Positions 60,637 through 64,000 of a stretch of 64,000 nucleotides of DNA are shown one piece after another; position 1 is the stretch's first letter, and every line of letters begins with the position of its first letter. The DNA is from Marsupella aquatica. Its lineage: Eukaryota > Plantae > Marchantiophyta. The stretch spans positions 9,484,287 to 9,548,286 of the forward strand of contig OZ316899.1 in the NCBI GenBank assembly GCA_973895155.1. The letters are read 5' to 3'. A program made the translations under genes and the position numbers. The notes under the pieces were generated by a model that was not told the DNA's origin, ran no database searches, and worked only from the letters and a program-made list of their open reading frames with translations.

Positions 60637-63025
60637 CTAACAATGAGATCCATATTCATCAATCAAGATATCATCACTGAGCTCCTGTTGGATCTCATAA
60701 TTGACATCGGAGGTACTCTCCTCTACCCAATAAGGTGCAGACCAAACTGGAGTTATCAATCCCAATTCTCCGCTTCTATAAGCTGGATCTTTCTTATGCT
60801 TTTTGTACGAGTCATTGTTCAAAATTGATTGAGCAGCATCCAACGGTACTTTGGTTCCTACATCTGGTCCACTTTTCCACACGTAACATCGACAATCATA
60901 TTCAAGTGACTTATATCCCATTGATCCTACTCTCTTCCCTTTCTTTTTTGAGAGCGGAAGGATAACAGGACTTCTTGATTGTGACCGAACAAACACTAAT
61001 TTGTCATCAGAAGCGGAAAAGAGTGTATTGGGACAAATTGAAGCACCTGCCTGGTTGTCAGCAGTCGTGGATGCACTTGCTTCATTGACGGGAATGTCAG
61101 GTACTTGGATGGTTTCTGGTCTCAATCCCAATGTGTCAAGTTCATTGGACTCACCATGCCTTGATTGAGAAGGTTGTTTGAAGAAAGTTTCTCAAATGTA
61201 TCAACTTCTGATTCTCTCATTTTCTCCATCTCTTGTCCAGGCACTTGTGGATGGAGACCATCTCTATCCAAGTTATCATCAAATTGGCCTTCGTTGGGGC
61301 CCATGGGGGCAACATCTGTAATTGGTGAACTACAAGGTGCAGATCCAACAATCATGTCGTCTTCCACAAGGTCAATATCTTCACCCTCGCCAACTCGGTC
61401 ATCCAAATTCTTCACATATGCGCACTCCGATGGCCCATCACCTTTGACTGATTGGTCATCTCCATCTTCTTGATCACCATCTGATTCATCATGAATAGCA
61501 ACAACGGCAGTAGAGGGTTCCCAATGTCTAGAACTTCCACCGCCATAGCGATCATAGCAATCTTTGATGGTGGGAACCCTCTCGCAAAGGAATGAAGCAT
61601 ATGCTTCCACAAAATGTCTCTCATGTTGAGAGTCACAATAAACAAAACATTCACGTTGAAAAAAAGGGATGTCTTCATCACTTGACTGCCAGAGAAAAAG
61701 TCAAGAATCAAATCCCCCGGTTCAGATAATGTTTGGATAATCTTTTGGATCATCCGGGTGGGTTTGGCATGAGGATTTACCCATCCACCGCGAACCCCAA
61801 CAGTCTCAAATTGAGGTGCCATGTGCAAAAGTATTGCCGCCTCTTCTGGGGTCATCACAATTATTCGTAGATCTTCATCCATTGACTCCTTGTCCATGTC
61901 CTTTCCCTTTGCCGTTCCATTCTTTTTTATCTTCTCAACCACAAAATCAGTATCCTTTTCCCCATACACCCATTTTGGCTTCATTTGGTTGGGCTTGAAC
62001 ACTTCATCCCAGCTGACGTTTTCTTCGCAAGAAATTCCGGCAAAGATAACTTCTTCTATTCCTCCCTTCCAACATGAGTCATGAGGGTGAGGTTGATCAT
62101 CTCGGGAATAACTCCCATACTCAACATGAATGCTCAAAGTTTTTGAATGTCCTAATTTACGAAGAGCGCTTAGGACATTCAGTACAAGATAACCCGGATG
62201 GACAGTTATCATCACAACGATGGTGGGATTTTGTGGTAGCTCTACTACATATTGGAAGAGGACCAAAATCTCTGCTTCAGTCCACTCCTTCTGTTGAAGT
62301 TGGCTGAAATCAACAATCGCAAGAGGGCATGTTGGAGATTGTTCTTCCAACGACTCCGGATCCACTATCTTCATTAGGTTGTTACTAAAAAATGTGACCC
62401 ATGGCTGAGTCCGAGAACTTGTCCCACCGCCAAACTTTTGACAGTAAATATCATCTAGACGCATCACCAATGTCATTGGCAATATCTCACTCTCCTTTGT
62501 ATGATTAGACTTCAATAAATTTGTCAACCATACTTCACTAACCGCTCTTCGGCACTTGTTCAACTCCGACTCGGCACCTAACAATGGGAGGACCTCAATT
62601 ACTTTAACCCATTGAGTATCTGCTGGGAAGTTTTTTGGATCCTTCTTGAAGTAGTAATCTCCAATAAGAGACTTCAATTTGATCAATATCTTCACCTCCT
62701 TTGCAAACTCCTCCATCGTTGGAACATCTGCCTTATTTGTCGGATCCTTCTTCAATAAAACTTTACCTGACTTCACCTTGTTCAAAATTCTGGTCAAATC
62801 TCTATTTGAGATTTCACCATCAAAACAACAAAACATTGCGACCGTTATCGCCTTTTCGGACCTTTTGTTTCCTTGTGTACCAGCTCCGTCAGGAAGATTT
62901 CCATCAATCCACATCTGGCACACTAACCGCCATAACTCAAAAAGATCATTCTCGGAAAAAAGCAACCAGTATACATTTTTCAAGTCTTTTCTCCCCATGG
63001 TCATCCTTGCCAATGCCAAATAATC
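60637..63025 (-). pseudogene. Beta-class DNA-methyltransferase-like exon, copy 2 (two frameshifts)
   Basis: Homologous to 3379-5760; HAKPTRMIQKIIQTLSEPGDLILDFFSGS; same splice-acceptor position as copy 1. Confidence 0.75.
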
Positions 63026-63155
63026 CTGCAATAAAAAATTGTGGGGAATGTCGTGAGTTATCAAAATAAACCAAAAGTCTGACTCTTGGACAGAGACCAT
63101 TTCCATCCAAGTCAAAACCAAAAGTAGAATGAAGAGAAATCTCTAGAATGGACGG

Positions 63156-64000
63156 TGTCGCGAGGACTTAAAGTTAGGGGCTCCTTGGGCAAACTACACA
63201 TTTCTGGCTGCGATCGGGACAGGTGACAAGCACTTTTCGGAGCAAACTCTCACTCCTTTATATTTTTTACTTTTCTCACAAAGGTTACAATAGGTGCCCT
63301 CGAGTAAGCTTGCCCGCAAGAGTCTGGTAGCTGGCCCTATGGCAGGCCGCTACCTCTAACTTGTCGGGTAGAACTCCTCGAGTGACTAACTACTCAAAAT
63401 CTGACGGAACACTATCCTCCTTAGCTCACAAAACCAAAAACTCGACTAGCTACTCCACTAGTCTAAAACAGCTCGCACGGAACTTGGGCCTGGATCAACA
63501 AGGCTCCAAACTTGAGAAATCCCCGCCTGGATCAACGAGACTCTAGACTCGAGAAATTCCCCATCTGGATCAAAAACTCCCCCCACCTGGATCGAAAACT
63601 CACTCAGAACTCCAAAACCGCCGCACAACAGTCGAGTTCCACAGAACGGAGCAAAACTCACAGAACGCAACTCAACAAATCTCAATAGACAACCGCCAAC
63701 CTCAATGAGCCAAGGCTCAAGTCTTAAGTAGCATCAGAAACCCAACCATCCAGCCTGAGCCAGCTGCCAACAGCGAGGCTCATCCAAACTCCAAGCCTGG
63801 TGACTCACCCAAACACCAAACCTGGTGACGACGAGTCACCCAATCGCCAAACCTCAATCCATCCAACCAAGCAGCCCCTCCAAGTCAGCATGCACGCAAC
63901 CCAACCGGGAGGCCTCGCCCATCATCCCCTATAAAAGCCATTCCTGAGCCAAAATCTTTCGGCACAACATCCTCCCCCATTAAACCTGAGCAACTTCCGG
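63156..64000. mobile_element. Probable further insertion (LTR-like) in an intron of Sola copy 2
   Basis: Compositional change starting TGTCGCG, no similarity to copy 1, short internal repeats. No partner repeat is visible. Confidence 0.3.

Larger units (their letters stand above)
58945..63155. mobile_element. Sola-like element, copy 2 (left part; continues beyond an insertion and the window end)
   Basis: TIR ATCAGCCTATTCATTAAAAGTGTATTTT preceded by AAAT; same subterminal repeats and cargo order as copy 1. Confidence 0.9.

Overview
The window is a heterochromatin-like nest of transposable elements. It is most likely from a non-seed land plant or related streptophyte, inferred from the TE families, spliceosomal introns and an EDM2-type domain. 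No intact host gene is visible. Reconstructed nesting: a Ty3/gypsy element (33547-~57803) is interrupted in gag by a 16.9-kb CACTA (34573-51466), which carries EDM2-type PHD, tandem-BRCT and F-box-like cargo. The same gypsy is also interrupted by a MULE/SWIM element ending at 33546. That MULE holds a MITE, which holds a Ty1/copia (to 28353), which holds a 22.4-kb Sola-like DNA transposon (1843-24278) carrying a ParB-like/beta-class DNA-methyltransferase-like gene and an FCP1/NIF phosphatase. The Sola in turn holds a young gypsy-type element (7708-17220). A second copy of the Sola family starts at 58945. The standout is the 7708-17220 element. It encodes one polyprotein Gag-PR-DNMT3-like C5 methyltransferase-RT-RH-DDE integrase-PHD, has a Tf1-like self-priming PBS, and has a 4-bp TSD. 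Instead of two LTRs it has split direct repeats A...B-A-B. Their junctions read as a 2-LTR circle that was opened and integrated at an internal palindromic CA-GC-TG site.
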